DNA of 63,952 nt, the filler included, from Octopus bimaculoides (Eukaryota): assembly GCF_001194135.2 (NCBI RefSeq). It is 4 parts of 3 records of this genome, joined end to end, with 100 filler letters (N's around TTAATTAATTAA, not from the genome) between each part and the next. Parts side by side here need not be neighbours in the genome. Positions count along the whole stretch, not along the records: positions 60,135 to 63,952 come from NC_068998.1; 3 more parts are not named here. One strand, given 5' to 3'. The translations under genes were made by a program, and so were the position numbers. Numbering within the stretch: the first letter of the stretch is position 1; every line of letters begins with the position of its first letter. A model generated the notes under the pieces. It did not search any database and was not told the DNA's origin. It saw nothing but the letters and a program-made list of their open reading frames with translations. Positions 63,450 through 63,952 of this stretch are shown in pieces.

Positions 63450-63952
63450 AATAAATAAATATACACTAATACTCACTTAGAAAAACATATCAACACACAA
63501 AATATACACACATATATACACAGAAAAACACATATATACATATACATATATATATCTATATATATATATATATATACATAAATATATATACATACATATA
63601 TATATATACACACAAATAAAAATTCACACAAATAAATATATAAAGAAGGAATATTATAAAACAAAACCACACTCACACACTCACTCACACACACAATATA
63701 TATAAATATACATCTATACACACAAATACATATATTTATAAATACATGTAAATACAAATATACACTCAACATACACAAACATATATAAGCACAAACACAT
63801 ATATATACTTAAACCTATATAAATGCATATGTAAACATATATACATACACCTAAAAATATACATACATACTAACGCATATAGACTAAAACACGCACACTC
63901 ATATATATACATATACTCATGCATATACACATACCCATATGTATAAAAAAAA

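Noticed and set aside
63473-63952. Terminal CA/TA-rich region as a structured element
   Set aside because: Degenerate low-complexity sequence next to a gap, possibly low-quality read ends.

Overview
AT-rich, microsatellite-dense metazoan genomic DNA with many N gaps. The repeat landscape resembles a cephalopod/Octopus draft genome; this is an inference from repeat style, not a database hit. Three fixed 100-bp spacers (44N-TTAATTAATTAA-44N) divide the window into four joined scaffolds: 1-17407, 17508-42151, 42252-60034 and 60135-63952. The only host gene I can support is a minus-strand DOCK-B (DOCK3/4, Drosophila sponge-like) Rac GEF. Seven consecutive exons (59101 to 43103, 913 nt, phases compatible, no stops) encode the region leading into and through the first part of DHR2. 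One of its introns (43270-43902) is a textbook U12-type (minor spliceosome) GT-AG intron. The rest is transposon debris: Penelope-like elements, restriction-like-endonuclease (RLE) LINEs sitting in (AAT)n and (CATA)n tracts, RTE LINEs, Tc1/mariner, piggyBac and hAT MITEs, a Gypsy gag fragment and several tRNA-derived SINE families. Highlights: (i) a TSD-flanked palindromic element combining a tRNA-like head and a minimal Penelope-type hammerhead ribozyme motif; (ii) three DOCK exons each bracketed by an inverted pair of the same SINE family; (iii) CpG decay of repeats restricted to the DOCK block; (iv) a 5'-inverted (twin-priming-like) RTE insertion. Exon and splice coordinates were read base by base. 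Repeat boundaries are approximate, and family assignments rest on remembered motifs rather than searches.
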